Below are positions 1-9,059 of a stretch of 32,000 bases of DNA, piece after piece. The DNA is from Candidatus Harpocratesius repetitus. GTDB lineage: Archaea > Asgardarchaeota > Lokiarchaeia > Sigyniarchaeales > Promethearchaeaceae. How positions within the stretch are numbered: position 1 is the stretch's first letter; every line of letters starts with the position of its first letter. The stretch lies in the NCBI GenBank assembly GCA_021498095.1, contig JAIZWK010000001.1, positions 3,240,001 to 3,272,000 on the forward strand. The letters are read 5' to 3'. A program made the translations under genes and the position numbers. A model generated the notes under the pieces. That model was not told the DNA's origin. It was given only the letters and a program-made list of their open reading frames with translations, and made no database searches.

Positions 1-2
1 CT

Positions 3-539
3 TTTAGGGCTGAACTTCATTACCAACAACAAATGATTGAACGAAATCGCTTAGTTGAAAAATTTGTGAGTAATCAACGAGATCATATTGCCATTCTCGA
101 TCGCAGCCCCCTTTCAACCTTGGTTTATGCTCTAGCCCTTAATTTACCCAAAATAGATTATGAATTAATATACGACACTTATAATTCAGTCTCTTGGCAG
201 AAGGACTATGTAATTTACTTATATGCTGAGCCAAAAACAGTTATGAATAGAATATATCGACGAGGTTCGTTGGATCCTCAACGTGAAAAATGGAATGAAG
301 ATGATTTTAAATATCTTTTAAGAGTACTCAATAAATATTCTGAAATTTTTGAAAATTTCAAGTTAGCATCGAAAAAGAGATTAATTAAAGTAAATACAGA
401 AAAAAGCACACCTCACGAGACTGTCGAGCAAATTATTCAAATAATTTCTGAAAAATCAGGAATCAGATTAAGAAATGTAAGTATTATTCCCAACAATCAA
501 AAAAAATTAACTCATTGGCTAAATACTTCATTATATTAA
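3..539 (+). CDS. Thymidylate/deoxynucleoside kinase family protein, 5'-partial
   Basis: Frame stays open upstream of ATG 33 to the window edge (FRAELHYQQQM). It contains ILDRSPLSTLVY (DRS motif) and VIYLYAEPKTVMNRIYRRG (lid region). The P-loop would lie upstream of the window. Confidence 0.7.
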   Translation, partial: FRAELHYQQQMIERNRLVEKFVSNQRDHIAILDRSPLSTLVYALALNLPKIDYELIYDTYNSVSWQKDYVIYLYAEPKTVMNRIYRRGSLDPQREKWNEDDFKYLLRVLNKYSEIFENFKLASKKRLIKVNTEKSTPHETVEQIIQIISEKSGIRLRNVSIIPNNQKKLTHWLNTSLY

Positions 540-601
540 TAATAAAAACAAAAAAAGACTCTTATCTCTATTTTTCTCTATTTATATCTCATTTTCTCTA
601 T

Positions 602-1894
602 TTATCTCTCATCTTCTTCAGGAATTATGCCAAATGACATCTCTAAAATTTGGTTTATTTCTTCCATTGGAAGTGAAAGATAATGAAAAGAAAGATCACT
701 TCTATCTTTAAATTCAGTTTTAACTAAATTAGAACTATTTTTCTTTTTATTAAAATGGCTGCGTTGTAAAATTTGAGCACGTGTTATATTTTCGAATCTT
801 TGCTGAAATTCTCTCGAATGAAGAGTAAATCCCATCTCATCTGCTGTCATTTGATATGCGTTTTTGATTTCAATGTTTGAAATATAATAATTGTTTGGAT
901 TTTTGAAGTAATTTACTAAATAGTCTAAAAATAATCTTTCTTCCAAACTAGTTCGCATTATATAATCTGTCATGGCTAAAGTATCAATGGAAACTCCCTC
1001 AAAATAATATTGAGAAATTTTTCTTATATCTTCGGGAAGTAGTTCCCCTTGTTCTTCAACTATTGGATAAACCCGTTTCAGTAAATTAATACAACTTCCA
1101 GGAACTTTTGTTCCGTATTCAATAATATAATCAACTAAAAGTTTGATTGCTTCAGGTTCTAAGAAATTATGAAAAGCCATAATCGATCTTTGGCTTGTAA
1201 TCTCATATAATTCCGAATTACTAAAAGTATTTAAATGAATTCGATGATCTAGTTGAGTATATTGATTAAATGCATAAAATCGGTTTCCAGTATCAATAGA
1301 AGTAAAAACATGCAAATTCTCAGTTTTCTTGGCAAAATTTAATATTTTTCTAATAATTCCCTCTTCAATATATTCAATTCGTTGAAGATATAGAATAATT
1401 GGTCTTGCACACCTTTGAACAAGAAATTTAAAGGTATTCCATAAAGAGATGGCATCCCATTGAATACTTTCTGTTAAATTAACTTGAGAATCTAGCTTAC
1501 TATTTAGATTATGCAATATTTCAAACAATAACTGCCCCAATTCTTGATCTCTGCAATCATTTGAAATAATAATGGGAATATCTAAGCAGTTCTCGCTATT
1601 TATTGTCTGAGACTCATACCATTGGAAGATTAAATTTATAAGAAGATTCTTTCCTGCTCCTTGAAGCCCATAAAGAGTCAAATTTGTAGCATATTCATCT
1701 TCTAAAGCATCTTTTAAAATCCCATATATAAGTTCACTCTTTTTTCGGCGGGGTACAATTTTTGGAGGAATAAAATTTGAGTTGAAGATTGCACGAGGCC
1801 CAATATAACTTGGAATGGAAGCATCAGCAATAGAATTCAAAAAATCGGCGAAGCTTAAAGAAGCTATTGCAGATAAATTCATTTCATGAGACAT
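602..1894 (-). CDS. Cdc6/Orc1-like AAA+ protein with winged-helix C-terminus, degenerate ATPase motifs
   Basis: IFNSNFIPPKIVPRR resembles the Cdc6 N-terminus. Walker A is LYGLQGAGKN, the Walker B position reads IILYLQRIE, and the C-terminal region is wH-like (IKNAYQMTADEMG...REFQQRFENI). Confidence 0.75.
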   Translation of the reverse strand: MSHEMNLSAIASLSFADFLNSIADASIPSYIGPRAIFNSNFIPPKIVPRRKKSELIYGILKDALEDEYATNLTLYGLQGAGKNLLINLIFQWYESQTINSENCLDIPIIISNDCRDQELGQLLFEILHNLNSKLDSQVNLTESIQWDAISLWNTFKFLVQRCARPIILYLQRIEYIEEGIIRKILNFAKKTENLHVFTSIDTGNRFYAFNQYTQLDHRIHLNTFSNSELYEITSQRSIMAFHNFLEPEAIKLLVDYIIEYGTKVPGSCINLLKRVYPIVEEQGELLPEDIRKISQYYFEGVSIDTLAMTDYIMRTSLEERLFLDYLVNYFKNPNNYYISNIEIKNAYQMTADEMGFTLHSREFQQRFENITRAQILQRSHFNKKKNSSNLVKTEFKDRSDLSFHYLSLPMEEINQILEMSFGIIPEEDER

Positions 1895-2053
1895 TACATT
1901 TTATGGTAACTATATCTATTTAAAGATCGAGAAAGAGAGAGTTCAATGAAAGTAAAAATAATAGGACTAAATTTCATCTGAAATCTTTGAAATACTAACC
2001 TACACTATTTTTAAGGAAGTAATTCTCTTACTCTATATATATAAACAAATAAT

Positions 2054-3556
2054 TTGGATTTGAAAATTATGGCCATGGTGGAGCCCGAAATCGCAACAGA
2101 ATTAATGCAAGAAATTCAAAAAATAGAACAAGGTTCAGATCTCGAACGAATTGCTGTTATTAGCCGTATCGGAATGGCAATTGCAACTTCACATAGTGAT
2201 GAAATGGATGCAGATGCAGAAACTGCCAGCAGTTCAGCATTAATTGATTTAGCAGAAAGATTAAGCAGGTCAGTCAATCACGGGAGCCTTCGAGAAATTT
2301 TAGTCAAATCCGAACAAGGTTTTGTAATTTTACAATTTATAAATGAAGAATACATGATTTTCGGAGGAATTTCAAATCCACTGAGAATAGGCTATTATAT
2401 GGAATATCTTAGGACAATCGCCCATAGATTTGCATTTATTTTAGCAGGTAAACAAATGACTGAAGAACTTCGAAAGGAAATTGAAGCAAATCGAGATCGC
2501 GATTTCCGATTAAAACAAGAAGCTCGTACACCATTAGCAGAATCATTCCAAATGGATAAGAGTAATGATACAGATAAAAAAGCGATGGAAGGTGTGCTTG
2601 CATTCTTAAATGAGTGGGGTGGTGAAGAAGAAACACCCGCTAGTTCGAATAATATTGTTAGCATTGATAATGATCTAATGATAGGTTTGAATAATTTAGA
2701 TAACCTTGCCCCAAAACCAATTTCGCCAGAACAAGTTCAACAAGCTCAAAAAATAGTCATTAATAAGCAAGAAGCAGATTCTTTGAAGAAACCTACACAA
2801 CCGCAAAATATGGAAGACATTTTTGCCGCACTCGATAGTTTTGCTTCAACTTTACCTACCAGTTCTTCTTCAAGTTCATCAAGTCCCTCAACTATATCAA
2901 GTTCATCCTCAAAATTAGATGAAGAATCTATGGAAGATTTAATCTCAACTCTTGATGAATTTGCCTCAGAAGCAAAAACAACTGTAGATCTTTCTAATAT
3001 ACCTCCAACCACTAAACCAGACACAACTATATCAATCGAATCCTCAATTTCAGCCGGGGGTATCCCAGAAGATATTCTTGCAGGATTAAATGATTTAGCA
3101 GAAATTTCGACCACTAAAGTCACTTCATCAAAAACGCGTAAAAAACCAGATAGCTATCCTTATGGAATTCCGATTTATGAAGGAGAAGTTCCTCCAGTTC
3201 CGCTAGATGATTACGTGTCATTTGAAATTGGAAGTCTTGCATCAGTTCATTCAGCAAATCAAGATAATATTCAAGAAACCCCAATTTCGTCATCATCCAG
3301 CAATCTTTCCAAATCATATACTTCTGCAACTTCAAATGAAATTGAGACACCAACGACTCCAACTACACCCTCTAGTACAAAAGTCCCTGAATTAGCACCA
3401 GAATTTGCCAGTTCAGATAATGAAGAAGTTTCAAGTCCAGATTTCGATGCCATCGCTTCAGAATATGATGATGTAGATCTTGAAATTGAAGAAGACGCTA
3501 TGTTACAAGCATTAGAAGAATTGGATTTTGATAAAATTGCTAAAGAAAAAAAGTAA
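2054..3556 (+). CDS. Roadblock/LC7 (MglB-like) domain protein with long acidic Ser/Thr/Pro-rich tail
   Basis: The first ~130 aa fit the Roadblock pattern (IAVISRIGMAIATS...SALIDLAERLSRSVNHGSLREILVKSEQGFVILQ). The rest is low-complexity and acidic. The real start may be ATG 2069 or 2075 rather than TTG 2054. Confidence 0.8.
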   Translation: MDLKIMAMVEPEIATELMQEIQKIEQGSDLERIAVISRIGMAIATSHSDEMDADAETASSSALIDLAERLSRSVNHGSLREILVKSEQGFVILQFINEEYMIFGGISNPLRIGYYMEYLRTIAHRFAFILAGKQMTEELRKEIEANRDRDFRLKQEARTPLAESFQMDKSNDTDKKAMEGVLAFLNEWGGEEETPASSNNIVSIDNDLMIGLNNLDNLAPKPISPEQVQQAQKIVINKQEADSLKKPTQPQNMEDIFAALDSFASTLPTSSSSSSSSPSTISSSSSKLDEESMEDLISTLDEFASEAKTTVDLSNIPPTTKPDTTISIESSISAGGIPEDILAGLNDLAEISTTKVTSSKTRKKPDSYPYGIPIYEGEVPPVPLDDYVSFEIGSLASVHSANQDNIQETPISSSSSNLSKSYTSATSNEIETPTTPTTPSSTKVPELAPEFASSDNEEVSSPDFDAIASEYDDVDLEIEEDAMLQALEELDFDKIAKEKK

Positions 3557-3610
3557 TTTAGATAAAAATGTACTAAAAAGTTTTAAGAAAGTTATGAATT
3601 TTTTTAAAAA

Positions 3611-4648
3611 ATGCCCCCCGAACTTCAAATATCTGATTCTACTCGAAGAAAATTAAAAAAAAGATCTCAAAATTTACCTCAATACATGAATTTTAGGAAA
3701 CAAATAAAAGAATTAAAAGAGCACTATATACCATTTCTATTTTTACCCACTGCTAAAGATCCTATATTAACAAAAAGAAAAGAAGAATTGGAAAGATTCC
3801 ATTCCAAGAGAAAATTTATTAAACGTTTGCAAAACCCTTTGACTATGTTTGGGATATTTATCATCTTTGTTATTTTTTCTTGGGCTGTTTTTGCGCCTTT
3901 AATAATTTCGCAAGGTTTTTATGAAGTTACGGTTGCAGATTTTTCAACATTACCTAATTTACCACCAACAAAAGATCATATCTTTGGAACAACAAGATTA
4001 GGTATGGATGTGTTCGCACGATTGGTTTGGGGTGCTCGGCCTTCTTTGTTTTATGGAAGTTTTATTGCTTTCTTAAGTGCTTTTATTGGTGTCTTTTTTG
4101 GTTTATTAGCGGGTTATCATTCAGGAATAGTTGATAATATTATTATGCGATTAGTTGATATTATGATGGCTTTTCCTTCATTGATATTAATTGTGCTAAT
4201 TGCAGTATGGTCGGGTGGAAATGAATTTATTATTTTAATCTCTTATGGTGTTTTAGGATTTGCAGGATATACCCGAATGTTACGAGCTTTAGTATTAAGT
4301 GAGCGAAATAAAACATATGTTCAAGCAGCAAAGGTAGCAGGTGCCAGTAATTTAAGAATACTTTATAAACATATTCTACCTAACTGCCTTGCACCAATTA
4401 TTGTTTCACTAAGCTTCAGCATTGGCGGAGTAATATTAGGATTGGCAGGATTAAGCTTTTTAGGTTATGGATTTGAGAATTCAGCTGATTGGGGGACTGA
4501 CTTAAATACTGCACATACAAAAATATTTTCTGCTCCTTGGGCTGCCATCGTTCCTGGGTTTGGAGTATTTATTGCCGTTATGGGATTTATGTTAGTCGGA
4601 GATGGACTTAGGGATGCAATGGATCCACGATTACATAATAAAAACTAA
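3611..4648 (+). CDS. ABC transporter permease, OppC/DppC family
   Basis: HIFGTTRLGMDVFARLVWGARPSL, EAA-loop YVQAAKVAGAS, HILPN, and PWAAIVPG...LVGDGLRDAMDPR; multiple TM helices. Confidence 0.9.
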   Translation: MPPELQISDSTRRKLKKRSQNLPQYMNFRKQIKELKEHYIPFLFLPTAKDPILTKRKEELERFHSKRKFIKRLQNPLTMFGIFIIFVIFSWAVFAPLIISQGFYEVTVADFSTLPNLPPTKDHIFGTTRLGMDVFARLVWGARPSLFYGSFIAFLSAFIGVFFGLLAGYHSGIVDNIIMRLVDIMMAFPSLILIVLIAVWSGGNEFIILISYGVLGFAGYTRMLRALVLSERNKTYVQAAKVAGASNLRILYKHILPNCLAPIIVSLSFSIGGVILGLAGLSFLGYGFENSADWGTDLNTAHTKIFSAPWAAIVPGFGVFIAVMGFMLVGDGLRDAMDPRLHNKN

Positions 4649-4679
4649 TTAATTAATTTCTTAATTAAAAAAAAGATAT

Positions 4680-6401
4680 CTACTTTTTTTGCTGTTTGTT
4701 TTTCATTCTTTTCAATTTTTGCTCGAAAGATTGGCGATATCGCTGCTGTCCGACAGAAGCAAAATAAGATGCTTTGTCCATTATCATTTCACTTTCAGCT
4801 TGTTGCTCATCAAGGTCCCATTCATCGATTTCATCATTAATTAATGCATTGACTTGCTCAACATTTACTGAATATTTCTGATTAAGTGCAATATTTCTTT
4901 GTAAAGATTGCTGTGCGATGGATTTTGCTATTTCATAATCCCCTTTAGAGCGTAGTTTTGATGCTTTTGCTAATTCATAAGCAGTAGCAACTTTTGGATT
5001 AAAAGTAGATTGAAATTTCTTTTCATCAGCTTCTACGGTAATGTTCTGGCGATAACAACGAACATGTTTATTATTTTGAGAATCGGAATATTCTAATTGA
5101 ATTTGGATAGGAATTCTTCCATTTTGTTTATTCTTTACAACATTTGGTTTAAACTTTAGAAAAATCTCCCGATCTGCTTCAAACGCACCTAATTTTACCG
5201 GTTCTCCAGAGCGAAATGATTTTCCTATTTGTGAAATTGCAGTACCTTCAATTTCTTCTAAAATGATATCTTGTGGCATGTAAACGCGCAAACTAGCATT
5301 TCGAACAACATAATTGGTTCTTTGTAATTCTCCAAAGGCGGATTCAATTTGATCAGCTGAAATAAACATCATTTTTCCCCCTGTGATATCAGTTACTTCC
5401 CCAATTATATCTAGTGCAACTGAATTGCTGCCATTTTTATCACGCACTCCAATCATATCAACGATAATGTTATTATGTAAACAGATTGCTCCAATTTTAT
5501 GATAAAACTCTCTTGCCTTTTCTCTACTTAATGGATCTTCTTCTATCGATCCCAAACCTACATTTGCAAGGCCATCAGTTAAAAGTAAAACTTTTCCACC
5601 CAATGGTTCAGCTTGAGATTTCTGTTTATTACTTATGAAAGAAACACTTAAGTATAGTGCGGGGCCTAAAGCCGTCATGTTTAAACTTTTCATATTTCGC
5701 ACTATTTGAACCCACTGTTTATATTGAGAAGAAATAGTAGAAAGTTGGTGTTTTTCAATTATCATTTGCATTTCTTCATCCATTTTTTGCTCAGTAAAAA
5801 AGATCGGTCCGTCTTGAATTTCAATTTTCTTTTTAGCATTTGGGAATATCCATACATTAGAAGAAAAAGGAATTAATATAAAATAAATATCAGGTGTTTC
5901 GGCAGTTATTTGATGTATATTTTGAACCAAAGCATGCTTTACTGCTTCTATTTTGCCACCTGCCATACTGCCTGAAACATCAATCGTTGCGATCAGTATG
6001 GGAAATCCAGAACCTGTTTGTTTTGAACTTAAGGAACTGATATCAATTTTTTTTTCATCCCCTGTTCGAATTTTATTAAGAATAAATGCTAATTCTGTTG
6101 AATCAACTTTGTCGGTTTGCTGTTTAGATGAAATATAAGCAGAATATTGCTCCATTTTTTCATCCGAAACAGTATTTATCTTTAAACAGAATTCACATTC
6201 GAATTGATATTCCCCATTAACTTTCTTAATTCTCTCTATATCAGTTAAAATACAGTTACAATTCGAACATTTAATTGGATCTCCTTCAATTTCTGCATTA
6301 CTTAAAGAATCAACCTTTCCAAAGTTCAAAGCGGTAATTAAAGGATAATCTTTTATCTCAGATGTATTTTGTGGAATGCTTTTAAAAGATTGTCGAAACA
6401 T
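4680..6401 (-). CDS. Sec23/Sec24-type zinc finger plus vWA domain protein
   Basis: PIKCSNCNCIL...FECEFCLKIN (CxxC...CxxC, Sec23/24 Zn-finger pattern). vWA MIDAS elements are IDVSGSM, TALGPAL and LLTDGLAN. A beta-rich region and a helical C-terminus follow. Confidence 0.75.
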   Translation of the reverse strand: MFRQSFKSIPQNTSEIKDYPLITALNFGKVDSLSNAEIEGDPIKCSNCNCILTDIERIKKVNGEYQFECEFCLKINTVSDEKMEQYSAYISSKQQTDKVDSTELAFILNKIRTGDEKKIDISSLSSKQTGSGFPILIATIDVSGSMAGGKIEAVKHALVQNIHQITAETPDIYFILIPFSSNVWIFPNAKKKIEIQDGPIFFTEQKMDEEMQMIIEKHQLSTISSQYKQWVQIVRNMKSLNMTALGPALYLSVSFISNKQKSQAEPLGGKVLLLTDGLANVGLGSIEEDPLSREKAREFYHKIGAICLHNNIIVDMIGVRDKNGSNSVALDIIGEVTDITGGKMMFISADQIESAFGELQRTNYVVRNASLRVYMPQDIILEEIEGTAISQIGKSFRSGEPVKLGAFEADREIFLKFKPNVVKNKQNGRIPIQIQLEYSDSQNNKHVRCYRQNITVEADEKKFQSTFNPKVATAYELAKASKLRSKGDYEIAKSIAQQSLQRNIALNQKYSVNVEQVNALINDEIDEWDLDEQQAESEMIMDKASYFASVGQQRYRQSFEQKLKRMKNKQQKK

Positions 6402-6454
6402 AGATATGAAGAAAAAATTCAGCTATTTAAATCTTTAAGATATTCAATAATTTT

Positions 6455-6503
6455 TATCAACACTTCGAACAATTATTAGTATCAACACTTCGAACATTTA
6501 TTA
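6455..6503 (+). repeat. Tandem duplication, 2 x 24 bp (period 25), 23/24 identical
   Basis: TATCAACACTTCGAACAATTATTA at 6455-6478 and TATCAACACTTCGAACATTTATTA at 6480-6503, intergenic. Confidence 0.9.
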
Positions 6504-6504
6504 T

Positions 6505-6957
6505 CTATGATATAGATTTTTTAGCAAAATGAATTAGCAGTTCAGATAATTCGAAAAGGTTCAAGTTTTCGACCAATTCTGACACATTTAATCGCATTTC
6601 TTCCGGAGAAGCATCTTCTTTTACAAATTTCTGAATTGATTCAACATAATCATCTATTGATTCAAAGAGAATTTCAATTCGATCTACATCTTTTAATTCG
6701 GCAATGTCCTTATGTAATCGCGACTCTAAATGTTTAAGCAAACCTTGGATGACTTCTTTTTTAGAAACTTGGAGAACACTTGAAATACGCTCAATTTCTT
6801 TAATACTATCTTGCAGTGTTTTATTCCAATCGTTAGATTCTTTATAGTAAGGTTTGATAAATTTATCAATAAATTCTTGATAACACCTTCCTAAATCTTT
6901 TGAATCAACGAAAATTTTCGCACCATTAGAAAGTTCTACTTCACGATTAATTTCCAT
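6505..6957 (-). CDS. Hypothetical protein, 150 aa, predicted helical
   Basis: ATG start, host-like composition, no recognisable motif. Confidence 0.7.
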   Translation of the reverse strand: MEINREVELSNGAKIFVDSKDLGRCYQEFIDKFIKPYYKESNDWNKTLQDSIKEIERISSVLQVSKKEVIQGLLKHLESRLHKDIAELKDVDRIEILFESIDDYVESIQKFVKEDASPEEMRLNVSELVENLNLFELSELLIHFAKKSIS

Positions 6958-7130
6958 ATTTTTGCACCCTCATTCATTATTTTTTTTTCAAAACCCCTTA
7001 ATTCATAAATTTTCACACATTATATCTCCATATACTTCATAATACTCAAGATTGGAGAATACCTTATCTTTCTTAGGAGCTTCATTGCTAAAAATCTTGT
7101 GTTAAAAATAAAAAAAAGGTAGATAGTAAT

Positions 7131-8174
7131 TTGATTCAGAAAATTCGAATTTCTATTGGAAGTGCAGCAGTTTTAGGATTTGTCGACATAAAGACAGATG
7201 TTTTACCTACAACATGCTACTTAATGACTTATACAGAGAAAATGTGCAGAGGAGAATGTCAATTTTGTCCTCAAGGAACCAGTAGCCATTCAAATGCAGC
7301 ACAACAATTATCGAGAATTAATTGGCCTGAATTTGATTGGAATAGATTCTTAGACCAATTATCCTTACTTCAAAAATCGAATAAAAAGTCGAAATTTCAA
7401 AGAATTTGTCTTCAAACATTAAATTATCCTGGATATACTGATGATGCTTTATTCATTGTAAGAGAAATTCATAAGAGAATTCCAAAAACACCAATTTCAG
7501 TAGCAATTCCTCCTGTATCAAAAAATATATTGATGCAGTTACAAAAAAATGGACTAGATCGAATTGGAATTGCATTAGATGCCTGTTCACCCAGTTTATT
7601 TGAAAAAATAAAAAATCCTTCACATAAAGGACCATATCGTTGGGAAAATCATATCAAAGCTATAGATGAAGCACTTGAAGTATTTGGAAAACACCGGGTT
7701 ACTACTCATTTTATTGTAGGATTAGGAGAATCAGAAGAAGAATTGATAAAAACAATTGATAATACAATAAAACGTAATGTTCTTCCTGGAATTTTCATGT
7801 TCACTCCTATTCCACACACTCCTATGGAACATCATCCACGACCAAGTATTAAGAAATTTAGACGCATCCAACTTGCAAGATATCTATTATTATATGAAAA
7901 GATTCCAGTAGAACGATTTAATTTTTCATCTGAAGGAAGGTTAGAATCTATTACTGGTTTTTCTGAAGTAGAATTAAATAGGATTATTGAGAAAGAAATT
8001 GCATTTTATACAGCAGGATGCCCCGGATGTAACCGCCCTTATTATACTTCTAGACCTGGAAAGGAACATGACGGATTTCCTCGAAAATTATTAGAATCTG
8101 AGAAAAAGAAAATTTTTTCAGAATTACAAGACTTAATCAATACTGCGAATCATCTTGAAATTGGTGCAATATAA
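7131..8174 (+). CDS. lipS2: Radical SAM protein, archaeal lipoyl synthase subunit LipS2-like
   Basis: CxxxCxxC (CRGECQFC) and C-terminal TAGCPGCNRP, matching the TxGCPxC(N/D)RP motif of Thermococcus LipS2; adjacent to a lipoate ligase homolog. Confidence 0.75.
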   Translation: MIQKIRISIGSAAVLGFVDIKTDVLPTTCYLMTYTEKMCRGECQFCPQGTSSHSNAAQQLSRINWPEFDWNRFLDQLSLLQKSNKKSKFQRICLQTLNYPGYTDDALFIVREIHKRIPKTPISVAIPPVSKNILMQLQKNGLDRIGIALDACSPSLFEKIKNPSHKGPYRWENHIKAIDEALEVFGKHRVTTHFIVGLGESEEELIKTIDNTIKRNVLPGIFMFTPIPHTPMEHHPRPSIKKFRRIQLARYLLLYEKIPVERFNFSSEGRLESITGFSEVELNRIIEKEIAFYTAGCPGCNRPYYTSRPGKEHDGFPRKLLESEKKKIFSELQDLINTANHLEIGAI

Positions 8175-8176
8175 AA

Positions 8177-9049
8177 ATGGATAATTCAAAGATCTGGCGC
8201 CTTATCCCTTTTTCTACTGCAGATGGGTATCGAAATATGGCAATTGATGAAGTTATTTTAGATCAAGTTATTAAAGGGAAATCTCCAAATACAATTAGAT
8301 TTTATAGATGGGAACCTTCTACAGCTACAATCGGTAAAAATCAGTCTCTTTCAGCAGAAATTGATATGGAATTTGCCACTTCTCATGGTGTACAAGTAGT
8401 TCGCCGAATTACAGGAGGAGGTGCAGTTTTACATGATTCTCAAAACGAGATCACCTATTCAGTTATTGTTCGGTTAGAAGATATCCCAAAAATCATAGAA
8501 AGCCCCAGAAACTATGATCCAAAAGTACCTCAACGGTATATTGCAATTTTAGAAGCATTAGCTCAAGGACTTGAATCTGTTGGATATCCCATTGATATTG
8601 GAAAGATTCACTGCCCTGTTCTATTAACTCAAGGGAAAAAACTTTCAGGAAATGCTCAATTAATTCGCAACAATGTGCTTTTGCAGCATGGAACGATTTT
8701 ACTTGATGTTAATCCTGAATTTATGTATTCTGTTTTGAAAGCTCCAGTAGGAGTCTCAAATGCGCATATGATACAATCAGTTCGCAGTAAGGTAATTGGA
8801 TTAAGAAATTTAAATTTGGCTCTGCAGACCAAATTACAAGATGCAGATGCTCTAAAGTTTGAAAATACTGAAAATTCAGAACATTCAGAACAAGAATCAA
8901 AAATCATAAATGCTTTTGTAAAAAGTTTTGAAAAAATTTTCAATATGAAGCTTGAAGAAAAACCTTTATCTACTGATGAAATTAACGTAATTTCAAAACT
9001 TGTTGCAAAGAAATATTCTACAGATGAATGGCTTTATAAATTTCCCTAA
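8177..9049 (+). CDS. Lipoate-protein ligase/octanoyltransferase family protein, catalytic domain only
   Basis: NMAIDE, VVRRITGGGAVLHD, GKKLSGNAQ, LQHGTILLD. At 290 aa it has no LplA C-terminal domain. Confidence 0.88.
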   Translation: MDNSKIWRLIPFSTADGYRNMAIDEVILDQVIKGKSPNTIRFYRWEPSTATIGKNQSLSAEIDMEFATSHGVQVVRRITGGGAVLHDSQNEITYSVIVRLEDIPKIIESPRNYDPKVPQRYIAILEALAQGLESVGYPIDIGKIHCPVLLTQGKKLSGNAQLIRNNVLLQHGTILLDVNPEFMYSVLKAPVGVSNAHMIQSVRSKVIGLRNLNLALQTKLQDADALKFENTENSEHSEQESKIINAFVKSFEKIFNMKLEEKPLSTDEINVISKLVAKKYSTDEWLYKFP

Positions 9050-9059
9050 AGTGATATAA

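Noticed and set aside
561-612. TTTTCTCTATTTAT repeated with period 20
   Set aside because: Low-complexity pyrimidine tract between convergent genes; likely a terminator region with slippage.
1895-2053. Replication origin next to the Cdc6-like gene
   Set aside because: Only 159 bp, with no recognisable repeated ORB motif with G-string; it looks like a divergent promoter region.
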